Positions 36,417 to 47,105 are shown, counted from the stretch's first letter. The stretch is 64,000 bases of DNA from Erythrobacter sp. (GCA_039985875.1 JBDWRU010000010.1:7266-71265); one strand, 5' to 3'. Numbers and translations are program-made. The notes: a model not told the origin generated them from the sequence alone.

Positions 36417-37100
36417 CTAAGTCGTCGCTTGGTCTTCTAGCTCTTCCAGCAATTCTTTGAGCTGATCTTCAATGATCGCGCCGCTATCCCCGCCGCCATA
36501 ATTGAGCGCGCCGCTTGAAAAGGTCGTACCAAAGGTATCGGCCAACGACTTCACTTGCAGGACCCCGCTCGCAAAATCGCGCGGTTCAAGTGTATCAAGC
36601 GGGTTGATAAACGCTGCCCAAACCAGCCCTTGTCCGACCGCATAGCGAGCATCCAATGCGGTATCGAAATTCGCCTGCATCAGCCGCGTCATCGCATCTT
36701 CGGGCAGGTTCTCCACCTCGGCGATCGGAGAAATAACCCGCATGCGTTTGGCCGACGTGTCGGTCACTGCGAGCAGCCGCGTTCCATCGACGCTAAACTC
36801 CCACATATTGCCGCGACGCGTCGCGTCTTCATCAAGCGTCGTGATGACCGCGTTCATTTCCTCAAGCACGGCTTCAATTTCTGGATCTGTCTCAGGTGCC
36901 TCGCTCGGAGCTGCGTCGTTTGCCTGCGGCGTTTCGGGCGCATCGGGCTCTTCTTCAGCAAGATCGGAGAAATCATCGAGCGCTTGCACAGCCGTTCCTT
37001 CAGCGCCTTCGTCCTGCGCTAGAGCAGAGGCCGAAAGCAGCAAAGCGAGCGGTATCGGAAGTGCGCTCAATCCAGGACGTATGAGGCGGACAGTGGACAT
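36417..37100 (-). CDS. Secreted protein with a YbjN/CesT-like chaperone-fold C-terminal region
   Basis: Signal peptide ...LLLSASALAQ and an acidic linker. GNMWEFSVDGTRLLAVTD...RMRVISPIA...LMQANFDTALDARYAV. The functional call is tentative. Confidence 0.45.
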   Translation of the reverse strand: MSTVRLIRPGLSALPIPLALLLSASALAQDEGAEGTAVQALDDFSDLAEEEPDAPETPQANDAAPSEAPETDPEIEAVLEEMNAVITTLDEDATRRGNMWEFSVDGTRLLAVTDTSAKRMRVISPIAEVENLPEDAMTRLMQANFDTALDARYAVGQGLVWAAFINPLDTLEPRDFASGVLQVKSLADTFGTTFSSGALNYGGGDSGAIIEDQLKELLEELEDQATT

Positions 37101-37182
37101 AGTGGCGGCTCCTTCACAAAACGCGCGGGTACACACGCTATTCGCAGATTAGCCGCCCAATGTTACACCTGCAACGAGAGCT

Positions 37183-37992
37183 TTACCCCGCCGGATCGTT
37201 GAACATATTGGGTAAGCTCGCGTTCACGATCCCGCCATCGACTGTGACGGTGTCACCCACGACATAGTCGCCTGCTCGACTGCACAGATAGATGGCAGCC
37301 GCGGCCATGTCTTCCTTGGTGCCGATACGCTTTGCCGGGATTATCGAAGCGCTTGCATCAGGTGCGTTCTTTGCCGCTTTGTTCATCTCGCTGGCAAAAG
37401 CGCCCGGAGCGATTGAGGTGACGATGATATTATCCTGGATCAGCCGGGCGGCCATGCGCCGGGTCAGCTGGATTACGCCTGCTTTGGAAGCTTGGTAGGC
37501 GTAGGTTTCCCACGGATTGATCTTCTGCCCGTCAATCGACGAAACATGGATGACCTTGGCTGGGTGATCGCCTTTGCCGCCTGCGACCAACAGATCGTGC
37601 AGTTTCTGGGTCAGGAAGAACGGTGTTTTGACGTTCAAATCCATTGTGCGGTGCCAGCCCGCTTCGCTGAATTCGAGGTATGGCTGGCCCCAAGCAGCGC
37701 CCGCATTGTTGATAAGGATGTCGAGCTTATTTTCGCGCTTGGCCATCTCATCTGCGAGCGATCGAATGCCATCCATCTGCGACAGGTCAGCGGGGATGCC
37801 GACGACTTTGTCTTCGCCAAATTCAGCAATGGTTTCTTGCATTTGGTCAATTTTGCGTGCGGAAATATAGACGCGTGCGCAGCCTGCTGCGAGCAGGCCT
37901 TCGACGAACATTTTGCCGATCCCACGAGAGCCGCCAGTAACAAGCGCGATGCGGCCTTCAAGGCCAAAAAGAGAATTAAGGTCCATTATCAA
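37183..37992 (-). CDS. SDR-family oxidoreductase
   Basis: VTGGSRGIG, NNAG and YxxxK (YQASK). Confidence 0.8.
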   Translation of the reverse strand: MIMDLNSLFGLEGRIALVTGGSRGIGKMFVEGLLAAGCARVYISARKIDQMQETIAEFGEDKVVGIPADLSQMDGIRSLADEMAKRENKLDILINNAGAAWGQPYLEFSEAGWHRTMDLNVKTPFFLTQKLHDLLVAGGKGDHPAKVIHVSSIDGQKINPWETYAYQASKAGVIQLTRRMAARLIQDNIIVTSIAPGAFASEMNKAAKNAPDASASIIPAKRIGTKEDMAAAAIYLCSRAGDYVVGDTVTVDGGIVNASLPNMFNDPAG

Positions 37993-39128
37993 TACCCACT
38001 CATTTCAGCGACCCGGTTGGCGTGGAAATAGGCATCGCCAAGAAACTCCTGCAAGGCCCGGTCGCGTTTCATATAAAGTCCTATGTCGTATTCGTCAGTC
38101 ATGCCGATGCCGCCATGCATCTGCACGCCTTCTTTGACCGCAAGACCAGCGGCTCTTGCGACTTTGGCTTTCGCAACCGACGCCATCAAATCAGCCTGTT
38201 CGCTACCACCATCGAGCAGTTGCTGCGATTTAATGGTAACTGCGCGCGCGATCTCAACTTCGGAATAAAGGTGGCTGGCACGGTGTTGAAGCGACTGAAA
38301 CTCGCCGATTAGTTTGCCGAACTGCTTGCGCTGTTTGAGGTAATCGATGGTCATGTCCATCGCCCCGCTTGCGACCCCGACGCCCTCCGCCGCCGCGCCG
38401 ATCCGGCCTGCGGTCAGCATTGCGTTCAATATCTCACGTCCGCCATCAACCTCGCCAATCACAGCGTCGCCATCAAGCTCGACGCCTTCAAACTTAGTGT
38501 GTGTCGCGACCGAACTGTCAACCAAACGCACGGCATCGTGGCTCATATTGGCGGCGTCTTTGGGCACTGCGAACAGCGTGATGCCATCATTGTCATCATC
38601 CGCGCCGCTAGTACGCGCTGCTACGACCAGCATGTCGGCGCTGTTGCCTTGAATGACAAAACTCTTCGAACCGGTAAGCTTGAAGCCATTGCCCGATTTC
38701 TCGGCCTTGGTTGTGATGCGGCTTGGACGGTGTTTCGCAGTCTCATCAATCGCCACAGCAAAAACGCTTTCACCTTCAATCAGACCGGGCAAATAGCGGC
38801 CTTTCAGATCAGCCGATCCATGTCCCAGAGCCGTAGCCGCGAGCACTGACGAGGTCAGGAAAGGCGACGGGGTCAGATTGCGCCCAATCTCTTCGAGTAC
38901 GATGCCCGCTTCGACATGGCCCATGCCAAGCCCGCCATCATCTTCAGAAACGAGCATTCCGGTAAAGCCCATTTCGGCCATCTGCTTCCAAAACGCATGG
39001 CCAAACCCATCGGGGCAATCGCGGTCACGATAATGGCGCAGTTGTTTCGCAATATTGCCTTCTTCGGCCATGAAGCCGCTGGCGCTGTCGGCAAGCATTG
39101 CCTGATCTTCATTGTGATAAAGGGGCAT
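37989..39128 (-). CDS. Acyl-CoA dehydrogenase family protein
   Basis: 379 aa. C-terminal VQMHGGIGMTDEYDIG. 4-nt overlap with the downstream SDR gene. Confidence 0.8.
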   Translation of the reverse strand: MPLYHNEDQAMLADSASGFMAEEGNIAKQLRHYRDRDCPDGFGHAFWKQMAEMGFTGMLVSEDDGGLGMGHVEAGIVLEEIGRNLTPSPFLTSSVLAATALGHGSADLKGRYLPGLIEGESVFAVAIDETAKHRPSRITTKAEKSGNGFKLTGSKSFVIQGNSADMLVVAARTSGADDDNDGITLFAVPKDAANMSHDAVRLVDSSVATHTKFEGVELDGDAVIGEVDGGREILNAMLTAGRIGAAAEGVGVASGAMDMTIDYLKQRKQFGKLIGEFQSLQHRASHLYSEVEIARAVTIKSQQLLDGGSEQADLMASVAKAKVARAAGLAVKEGVQMHGGIGMTDEYDIGLYMKRDRALQEFLGDAYFHANRVAEMSGY

Positions 39129-39211
39129 TTATCCCATCCTCTCTCGGAATTCGCTTTGATCGAGCCAACCCCTGAAAGTCTGGGACAGCCCGTATTTGAA
39201 CGTGTTGCGCG

Positions 39212-40405
39212 TTATGATCCCGGCAGGTCGAGAATACGTTTGGAAATCACATTGAGCATCACTTCCGATGTGCCGCCTTCGATTGAGTTGGCTTTCGTCC
39301 GCAACCATTCCCGCGAAGGTGCACCACCGCGGGTCTCTTCGCTTTCCCATTCAAGGCTGCGCGATCCGCCAGTAGCCATCATCAATTCGTGACGCCGTTT
39401 ATTCAGCTCAGTCCCTGCATATTTCATCATATTGGGCTGTGCAGGATGCGCTTTGCCGACTTTGATCTCATCAAGGAATTTCTCCCCCATCGCCCCATAA
39501 GCCAGCGCATCGACATCAAACATCGCCAATTCGGCGCGCAGGAGAGGATCAAGCTCATCGCCGTTTTTCGCCGCATGGCGCGTCATCGCAGCACCAATCG
39601 CAGAAGTGCGATCACCGCCACCTGCACCCGAAATCATCTCACGCTCATGGCCCAACAGATACTTCGCCACATCCCAGCCGCGATTGATCTCACCCACATA
39701 GGCAGGTAGTCCCTCGCCATAAGACTTGGGCACTTTCACGTCTTCCATAAAGGTTTCGCAGAAAGGTGAATTGCCGCTGATCAGTTTGATCGGTTTTGTC
39801 GAGCAACCTTCATTCGCCGTGTCGAACAGCATGAAGGTGATGCCTTGATATTTGTTCTCTTTGTCCGTGCGAACGAGGCAGAAAATCCAATCGCATTTGT
39901 CGGCGTAAGAGGTCCACACCTTCTGGCCGTTGACCACCCAGTGATCGCCTTTGTCTTCGCCAAAGGTCTGCAAGGAGACAAGGTCGCTGCCTGAGCCGGG
40001 CTCTGAATAGCCCTGACACCAGCGGATTTCGCCGCGGGCAATCTGACCAAGGAAGTGCTTTTTCTGCTCTTCAGTACCGAAGTGCAAAAGTGCTGGGCCG
40101 AGCATCCAGATACCGAAGCTCGACAATGGAGGACGCGCATTGATGCGGCTCATTTCCTGCCGCAGAACTTTGGCTTCTGCTGGGTCCAGACCCGCACCGC
40201 CATATTTTTTCGGCCAAGCTGGAACGGTATAGCCTTTCGCCACGCAAGCATCGAACCACACCTTCTGTGCGTCGCTTTTGAAGGTCCAATTGCGCCCTCC
40301 CCAACACACATCATCTTCATCATGCACCGGCTCGCGCATTTCTGCCGGGCAATTGGCTTCAAGCCATTCACGAGTTTCCTGACGGAACGATTCCAGATCG
40401 GACAT
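39212..40405 (-). CDS. Acyl-CoA dehydrogenase family protein
   Basis: 397 aa. WCQGYSEPGSGSD and IEGGTSEV blocks. Confidence 0.8.
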   Translation of the reverse strand: MSDLESFRQETREWLEANCPAEMREPVHDEDDVCWGGRNWTFKSDAQKVWFDACVAKGYTVPAWPKKYGGAGLDPAEAKVLRQEMSRINARPPLSSFGIWMLGPALLHFGTEEQKKHFLGQIARGEIRWCQGYSEPGSGSDLVSLQTFGEDKGDHWVVNGQKVWTSYADKCDWIFCLVRTDKENKYQGITFMLFDTANEGCSTKPIKLISGNSPFCETFMEDVKVPKSYGEGLPAYVGEINRGWDVAKYLLGHEREMISGAGGGDRTSAIGAAMTRHAAKNGDELDPLLRAELAMFDVDALAYGAMGEKFLDEIKVGKAHPAQPNMMKYAGTELNKRRHELMMATGGSRSLEWESEETRGGAPSREWLRTKANSIEGGTSEVMLNVISKRILDLPGS

Positions 40406-40631
40406 AAGCCGACTCCTCTCTCAATAAGCTCTCACTTGACGCTAACGTTATGGGCATTCGTGCGCTCGGGGCAAGCAGGAAAAACCGCATTCTGCGATGC
40501 CGTAACGTCAGGTCAGTTGCATCCTGCGATGGATTGACGCGACGAGCCGGAAGCCTAGGCTTAGCGTCACAAATTTTGGAGAGTGATGTGCATAGATTCG
40601 CAACCAATCACGCAAGTGAGAGCGGTGACAT

Positions 40632-42086
40632 TTGGGCCTAGTTAAAGGGAAATTGCCTGTCCGGCTCAAACTGATCCATGGCTTTGGCGCGGTCGCTTTT
40701 GGCGTAAAGGATGGCGGGTTCTTGTTCTTCCTGCTGTTCTATTACAGCCAAGTGCTCGGCATGGATGCTGGGCTTGTTGGATTGGTCCTGCTTGGCGCGT
40801 TGTTGCTTGATGCATTTGTGGACCCAATCATAGGATATATGTCGGACCGCACTTACACGCGCTGGGGAAGAAGACTGCCTTGGCTATACGCAGCACCAAT
40901 CCCCTTGGCTTTTGCATGGGTGATGTTGTGGTCACCGCCCGGTGGCGAAGCGCCAAGCACTATGGGCTTGCTTGGAACCATGGTGGCGGTGCGCTTGCTG
41001 TTATCCGCTTGCGAAGTGCCTTCGACCAGTCTCATTCCTGAGCTGACTTCGGACTATAATGAACGTACCACTTTGTTCCGATACCGTTACCTGTCCGGCT
41101 GGATGGGCGGCATCTTAATGATGGTGCTGGCTTACACGGTGTTTCTGCCGGGCGAAAACGGTCTGTTGGTCCAAGAAGGTTACCCCGCTTACGGAACGTT
41201 TGGCGCGATCTTGATGGTGATCGCTGTATTGGGCTCGGCAATTGGACAGCATCACGTCGTTGCAAAATTGCCAGAGACTAAGCCTCCACCTTTCAGCCTG
41301 CGCGACGCGTTTTCGGAAATCAAAGAAGCGTTTAGCGAAAAGGCATTCCTGATCTTCGCGGCAGGCGGTTTAGCGGCCTATATCAGTCAGGGAATGTCAT
41401 TTTCGATCTCAAATTATCTCAACATCTATGTCTGGCAATTGGATCGCGTAAATTTCGATTGGGCTCCAGCTTGGCTCAATGGCTTGACGGCATATCCCTT
41501 TGCTTTGGCAGTCTCCGTGGTCTTCATGTTCTTCATCGTTGGCCCGATGCATGAAAGGCTCGGCAAACCTAAAAGCGCGGCGATTGCCGCCTTACTTGCT
41601 CTCGCCATTGGCTTGACACCCTACGCTTTGTTCCTGGCCGGGTTATGGCCACAGGTTGCAGGTTTGCCGTCTACCGTTTTGTTTTACGGCTTCACGATCT
41701 TTGCCAATATGTTCGGAGTGGTCATCATGATCTCCGCTTCGTCCATGATCGCTGAAATTGTTGAAGCTTTTGAAGAACGCACTGGGCGCCGTGCAGAGGG
41801 CTCATTTTATTCAGGCAATTGGCTAGTGCAGAAATGTGCGACAGGTGTTGGCGCTGCGCTAACCGGCCAGATCGTGGCGTTTTCGCAGCTTGAACAAGGA
41901 GCCGATCCCGCAAGTGTCGCCTCGTCGGTTCTGAGCACAATGATCATCGCCTTTGGCATTGCCTCCATCGTTCTGGGCCTTGCTTGTGCGTTTTGGCTTG
42001 GTCGGTTTCCAATCAATCGTGAAGACCACGAAGCGCGCGTTGCTGCGCTTGCTGCTCGTTCAGCGTCAACAGGTAAGGCGCAATGA
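40632..42086 (+). CDS. MFS transporter (GPH/sugar-cation symporter-like)
   Basis: 484 aa with about 12 TM segments. MSDRTYTRWGRRLPW is the GPH-type loop motif. TTG start. Confidence 0.7.
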   Translation: MGLVKGKLPVRLKLIHGFGAVAFGVKDGGFLFFLLFYYSQVLGMDAGLVGLVLLGALLLDAFVDPIIGYMSDRTYTRWGRRLPWLYAAPIPLAFAWVMLWSPPGGEAPSTMGLLGTMVAVRLLLSACEVPSTSLIPELTSDYNERTTLFRYRYLSGWMGGILMMVLAYTVFLPGENGLLVQEGYPAYGTFGAILMVIAVLGSAIGQHHVVAKLPETKPPPFSLRDAFSEIKEAFSEKAFLIFAAGGLAAYISQGMSFSISNYLNIYVWQLDRVNFDWAPAWLNGLTAYPFALAVSVVFMFFIVGPMHERLGKPKSAAIAALLALAIGLTPYALFLAGLWPQVAGLPSTVLFYGFTIFANMFGVVIMISASSMIAEIVEAFEERTGRRAEGSFYSGNWLVQKCATGVGAALTGQIVAFSQLEQGADPASVASSVLSTMIIAFGIASIVLGLACAFWLGRFPINREDHEARVAALAARSASTGKAQ

Positions 42087-42181
42087 ACTCACAAAATCAC
42101 AGCTTGGCGCGGACAGCTGACCGTGCCACGGCTCACACTCATCAGCACACTTCGTTATAAGAATTAGAGAGGACTTCCCCC

Positions 42182-43516
42182 ATGGATTTTGAACCCACTG
42201 AACGTCAGGCCTATTGGGCTGGCCGCGTCCGCGATTTCATTGAAACGCATGTTCGTCCGGAAATGGGGACGTACAAAGCGCAAGATGCAGAAGGCGAACG
42301 CTGGAAAGTCATCCAGATCATCGAAGACAAGAAAAAGATCGCTAAAGAAGCCGGTCTTTGGAACCTCTTCATGCCGCCGCGCAACGACAGCCACCACCAT
42401 GTTGACGACACGTTTGAATTCGAAGGCCCCGGCCTCACCAACCTCGAATACGCGTTGTGCGCCGAAGAAATGGGTCGGATCACATGGGCCAGCGAGGTCT
42501 TCAATTGCTCCGCACCGGACACCGGCAATATGGAAGTGTTCCACCGCTATGGTTCGCGCGAACATAAGGACGAGTGGTTGACCCCGCTCATGAACGGCGA
42601 GATCCGTTCCGCCTTCCTTATGACCGAGCCTAACACCGCTTCTTCGGACGCGACCAACATCGAAACCCGCATTGAACGCGATGGCGACGAATACGTCATA
42701 AATGGCCGCAAATGGTGGTCTTCAGGTCTAGGCGATCCGCGTTGCAAAATTGCCATCGTGATGGGCAAGACTGATTTCGGCGCGAAACGCCACGCTCAGC
42801 AGAGCCAGGTGCTGATGCCGATCAACTCGCCCGGCGTAAACATCATCCGTCACCTGCCAGTCTTCGGTTATGACGATGCGCCGCACGGCCACATGGAAGT
42901 CGAAATGAAGGACGTCCGTGTTCCCGTCAGCAACGTGCTGCTGGGCGAAGGTCGTGGGTTTGAAATCGCGCAAGGCCGCCTTGGGCCAGGCCGTATCCAC
43001 CACTGTATGCGCACCATCGGCGTCGCTGAAGAAGCGCTTTCTAAGATGTGCAAACGCCTGCAAGAGCGCGAAGCGTTCGGCAAACCGATCTATAAGCATT
43101 CGGTCTGGGAAGAACGCATCGCGCGTGCCCGTATCGACATCGATATGACGCGCCTGCTGTGCCTCAAAGCCGCGGACATGATGGACAAGGTCGGCAACAA
43201 GTCTGCCAAGCAAGAGATTGCCATGATCAAAGTGCAAGCGCCTAACATGGCGTTGCGCATCATTGATGACGCGATCCAAGCGCATGGCGGCGGCGGTGTC
43301 TCGGACGATTACGGGCTCGCGTCAGCCTTCGCCCATCAACGCACCTTGCGATTGGCCGATGGTCCCGATGAAGTGCATGCTCGCTCAATCGCCCGCATGG
43401 AGATTGGCAAGCATATTCCAGAAAACGGTCCCACAGCCAACGCGTTGCGCGATGGCGGAGGCCGGGCTGTCAATGATGGCGGGATAAGCTCGGGGGATAT
43501 GGGGGCTACGCGCTAG
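42182..43516 (+). CDS. Acyl-CoA dehydrogenase, ACAD10/11 (FadE2)-like
   Basis: 444 aa. [25 protein letters not shown] and [10 protein letters not shown]. Confidence 0.8.
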   Translation: MDFEPTERQAYWAGRVRDFIETHVRPEMGTYKAQDAEGERWKVIQIIEDKKKIAKEAGLWNLFMPPRNDSHHHVDDTFEFEGPGLTNLEYALCAEEMGRITWASEVFNCSAPDTGNMEVFHRYGSREHKDEWLTPLMNGEIRSAFLMTEPNTASSDATNIETRIERDGDEYVINGRKWWSSGLGDPRCKIAIVMGKTDFGAKRHAQQSQVLMPINSPGVNIIRHLPVFGYDDAPHGHMEVEMKDVRVPVSNVLLGEGRGFEIAQGRLGPGRIHHCMRTIGVAEEALSKMCKRLQEREAFGKPIYKHSVWEERIARARIDIDMTRLLCLKAADMMDKVGNKSAKQEIAMIKVQAPNMALRIIDDAIQAHGGGGVSDDYGLASAFAHQRTLRLADGPDEVHARSIARMEIGKHIPENGPTANALRDGGGRAVNDGGISSGDMGATR

Positions 43517-43580
43517 CCCCCAAGGCCCCTTTCTCCGGGCAATTGTGATGTTTGACACTTAAATCAAAGCGGGACCGGCA

Positions 43581-44654
43581 ATGTCTGATATCGACTATGA
43601 CAAAGAGATGGTTGGCACTATCGAAGTGCCAGAGGCTGATAAGCTAGACTTGGGTGCTCTAACCACTTGGTTTGAGACCAATGTCGAAGGCTATGAGGGG
43701 CCGATCACCTACACCAAGTTCAAAGGTGGCCAGTCGAACCCGACTTACAAAATCGACACGCCGGGCGCGAAATATGTCTTGCGGCGGCAACCTTTTGGAA
43801 AGCTGCTGCCCAGCGCCCATGCGGTGGACCGCGAATACAAAGCCATGACTGGGCTGCACCCGACCGGATTCCCCGTGCCAAAAACCTACGGCCTGTGCGA
43901 AGACCCGGGCGTGTTAGGCTCCAAGTTCTTTGTGATGAGCATGGCCGAAGGGCGTTCGCTCTGGAACGGCGCTTTGCCCGGTGTCGAGCCGGATCAACGC
44001 CGCGAAATCTACCATTCCATGATCGATACGATGGCCGATTTGCATCTGCAAAAGCCAGATCAAATCGGAATGGGTGACTACGGGAAGCCCAACGATTATT
44101 GCGCACGCCAGATCAGCCGCTGGTCCAAGCAATACAAGCTCTCCGAAACAGAACATCAGCCCAAGATGGAAGCGTTGATCGAATGGCTGCCGGACACAAT
44201 CCCGCCACAACATGAAAGCTCTATTGTTCACGGCGATTATCGCCTCGACAATACCATCTTTCATGCAACCGAGAACCGCGTCATCGCGGTGCTCGATTGG
44301 GAACTGTCCACGCTTGGCGACCCGATTGCAGATTTCAGCTATTTGATGCTCAACTGGTTCAATCCAGCTGATGGTCGCGCAGGGCTATCGGGGCTTGATC
44401 TCAATGCGCTTGGCATTCCAAGCGTTCAGGAAGCGGTCGAGCGATATGTCACTCGCACTGGCTATCCCGTTCCGCCGATGGAGTGGTACTTTGCTTACAA
44501 CCTGTTCCGACTGGCTGGGATCATGCAAGGGATCAAGAAGCGGGTTATCGATGGCACCGCCTCCTCCTCGCATGCCAAGCAGATGAGTGAGCGGGTCGCT
44601 CCCTTGATGGAGAGCGCCTACAACTTTGCCAAAGCCGCCGGAATGCCCGGCTAA
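43581..44654 (+). CDS. APH/ChoK-fold phosphotransferase (ACAD10/11 N-terminal kinase-like)
   Basis: KFKGGQSNPTY, catalytic loop VHGDYRLDNTIF and the Mg-binding VLDWELSTLGDP. Confidence 0.75.
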   Translation: MSDIDYDKEMVGTIEVPEADKLDLGALTTWFETNVEGYEGPITYTKFKGGQSNPTYKIDTPGAKYVLRRQPFGKLLPSAHAVDREYKAMTGLHPTGFPVPKTYGLCEDPGVLGSKFFVMSMAEGRSLWNGALPGVEPDQRREIYHSMIDTMADLHLQKPDQIGMGDYGKPNDYCARQISRWSKQYKLSETEHQPKMEALIEWLPDTIPPQHESSIVHGDYRLDNTIFHATENRVIAVLDWELSTLGDPIADFSYLMLNWFNPADGRAGLSGLDLNALGIPSVQEAVERYVTRTGYPVPPMEWYFAYNLFRLAGIMQGIKKRVIDGTASSSHAKQMSERVAPLMESAYNFAKAAGMPG

Positions 44655-44657
44655 ACG

Positions 44658-47105
44658 CTAGAACGCGGCATTATAGCTGATGATTGCGCCCACATCGCTG
44701 GGTGCGTTGGCGAAATGGCCGGGCTGATAGCGGTAAAACGCGCTGGCATTGATATAGCCAAAGTCGAGCTGCGATCCCCATGCAAGTTCGCCCATAACTT
44801 CTCGCCCTTCTGGCGAAAGCGACAGGGTTTGCCGTCCGAAAACTGGCGTTTCATTGGCTTGATCGAATGCCACCGGCAAATCGAGCGCAAGCCCGCCGCC
44901 GCTTACCCGCAAAGGCTGACTTACACGGAACCCAAAACTATCGCGCCGCGTGAACGTGCCATAGCGCGTGAGATCGAGTGACCATGCATCGCTGAACAAT
45001 TGCGAGCCTTCACCAATCAACGAACCGCCGCGTGGGCGCGTCACGCCAGCCCGAGCGGCGGCCCCAAGTCGCCAATTGTTAGACAAAGGATAGGTTGCTT
45101 GGGCATCGAGGAAGAGAGTGTCTGCGCCATTGATCCCAACTGCGGAATTGAAATGTGCGCCCAAAAGGGTGTCTTGCTCGGCCAGCCACGATCCCGAAAT
45201 AGAGGTTTGGAGACCACCGAAACGACGATCCGCAGCAAGACCAATAGTGGTTGTGGGACGCTGTTCGCGCTGACCCGCAACAACATCATCAGCTTGCCGG
45301 TTATTGCCTAACCACGCTTGACCACGTTCAGCTGAAAGCGTCAGCCCCCATTTGCCGAGTGTCCGGCGCGCAGCGAATGAAATTTCGCTGCGGTCGATAA
45401 AACCATTGTCGGAGCCTGCCTGCGGAGCAATTGCAAATGCCGCACGGTCAGCGCCTTGCAGTTGCCCAACAAGACCTTTCGAACCTTGCGCAATCCCAAC
45501 ACCGATCTGCAAGTCGGGTGCAACCCGCGCTGCGACCCGTGCCGCAAGCACGCGTGCAGCATCGGCCTCTTCCGGAGTGAGTTGCAAGGATTGTGTCCAG
45601 TCTAGCCCCCCTGCTCGTTCGCCTTCGCCGACCGTAACCGCCAATGAGAAATCGCTATTGCCGGCTGAGCGCGATTGGCCATTGTGTTGTACTGCGCCGC
45701 GCAACCTCTGGACCTGCGCGGCATTGCGCGCTCGTTGACCCAATTCGATATCGTACGCGCGATCAAAACGGTCCGTAATGATCGTGCTCAACGACAAATT
45801 GCTAAGCGCATCGCCAGTTGCCGCAGAACCCACGACGAAATCATCAGTTAGAGCAAGTCGCGACGTGCTGCCAGCTAGCGTAGTTGTCCCTTGCGGACTG
45901 AAAGCGGCAGCAATGTCGAGAATTCCCGTCCCGAAAATCGCATCATTGCCAGCTGCGCCCGCGTCCCGCGCGCTGTCGAGCAAGATTTCTACAATTTCCT
46001 GACCGGTGAGATTGGGAAAAGCCTGCGCGAGTAACGCGACCGCCCCAGAGACTTGCGGAGCGGCAAAACTGGTGCCCGAGAACAAGGTGATGAACTGGCT
46101 GCCATCGATGGTCTCGACAAAGAGTTCGCCGTCTTCATAGACACAGCAAATGCGTTCGCCACGAGCGCTCAAGAAAGAGCCGGCGAAGTTTCCTGCGCGG
46201 TTGCTGAAGCCGGATAGATCGCCATTGTCATCGACAGACCCGACAATGATGACGTTCCCATTGCCCGCTTGCTGAATGCTGGATGCGAAGGGATCGGGCT
46301 GATCCGGATCGATCCCCGGCTCTGAACCATCGCCGCCATTGCCAGCCGCAACGACAACCACCACGCCCGCATTGGCCGCGCGCGTGATTGCATTTAACAA
46401 AAATTGCGAAGCTCCGCCTCCGCCTAAGCTCAGATTAACGACGGCCGCACCATTCGCGACTGCGACATCAATCCCTGCCGCAATTGATCGATCCGAGAAA
46501 AGGCAGCCCAAAGTTGAGTCTTGCGGCGTGTCTTGCCCACACGATCCCACCATATCCCCTCTGATCGCCAGAACTTCGGCGTCAAAAGCGATGCCCACCA
46601 CGCCTGTATTGTCGCGCGCGCCGGCGGCGACAAGCGCGACATTGGTTCCGTGATCGTCTTCTGGATCAACGCCGCGATTGGCTACGATATCAACTGAAGC
46701 TGAGTGCACTCGACCCGCAAATTCGGGACTGTCGCTATCAATTCCGGTATCAACAATCGCGATAATCTCGCCTGCACCTGTGAAACCATCCTGCCACGCA
46801 GCGTCCGCGCCGTGAAAGCCAGGGCCATCCGATTGGCGAAACTCCGTAGTGTTGAAATTGGTCGGTGGCGGCGGTGGAGGTGGTGGCGGTGGAGGAGGGG
46901 GAGGTGGCGGCGGCGGAGGTGGTGGTGGCGGCGCGGTTGTTACTGGCCCAGCACCTACGCCCCCTGCCCCGCTGCACGCGGCCAAGGCGGCACAAGCAAC
47001 CGCTCCGGCAACCGCTTTCCACGGCACGGACGGTTTAGCAGATGCGCAGGATCGCAATGCAACAGGTGATTGGGTCACAATAATGGGAACAGGGGATTTA
47101 GGCAC
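44658..47105 (-). CDS. Subtilisin (S8) serine protease autotransporter lipoprotein with a 23-Pro linker
   Basis: Lipobox LAACSG and a 23-Pro run. S8 triad blocks (VDTGID, DDHGTNVA, SGTSFAAP). C-terminal beta-barrel-like domain ending in ...IISYNAAF. Confidence 0.8.
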   Translation of the reverse strand: MPKSPVPIIVTQSPVALRSCASAKPSVPWKAVAGAVACAALAACSGAGGVGAGPVTTAPPPPPPPPPPPPPPPPPPPPPPPTNFNTTEFRQSDGPGFHGADAAWQDGFTGAGEIIAIVDTGIDSDSPEFAGRVHSASVDIVANRGVDPEDDHGTNVALVAAGARDNTGVVGIAFDAEVLAIRGDMVGSCGQDTPQDSTLGCLFSDRSIAAGIDVAVANGAAVVNLSLGGGGASQFLLNAITRAANAGVVVVVAAGNGGDGSEPGIDPDQPDPFASSIQQAGNGNVIIVGSVDDNGDLSGFSNRAGNFAGSFLSARGERICCVYEDGELFVETIDGSQFITLFSGTSFAAPQVSGAVALLAQAFPNLTGQEIVEILLDSARDAGAAGNDAIFGTGILDIAAAFSPQGTTTLAGSTSRLALTDDFVVGSAATGDALSNLSLSTIITDRFDRAYDIELGQRARNAAQVQRLRGAVQHNGQSRSAGNSDFSLAVTVGEGERAGGLDWTQSLQLTPEEADAARVLAARVAARVAPDLQIGVGIAQGSKGLVGQLQGADRAAFAIAPQAGSDNGFIDRSEISFAARRTLGKWGLTLSAERGQAWLGNNRQADDVVAGQREQRPTTTIGLAADRRFGGLQTSISGSWLAEQDTLLGAHFNSAVGINGADTLFLDAQATYPLSNNWRLGAAARAGVTRPRGGSLIGEGSQLFSDAWSLDLTRYGTFTRRDSFGFRVSQPLRVSGGGLALDLPVAFDQANETPVFGRQTLSLSPEGREVMGELAWGSQLDFGYINASAFYRYQPGHFANAPSDVGAIISYNAAF

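Noticed and set aside
46864-46932. (GGN)23 tract read as a Gly-rich protein, microsatellite or CRISPR-like repeat
   Set aside because: It is the complement of 23 Pro codons in the autotransporter. Codon heterogeneity argues against a slippage microsatellite, and there is no repeat-spacer architecture.
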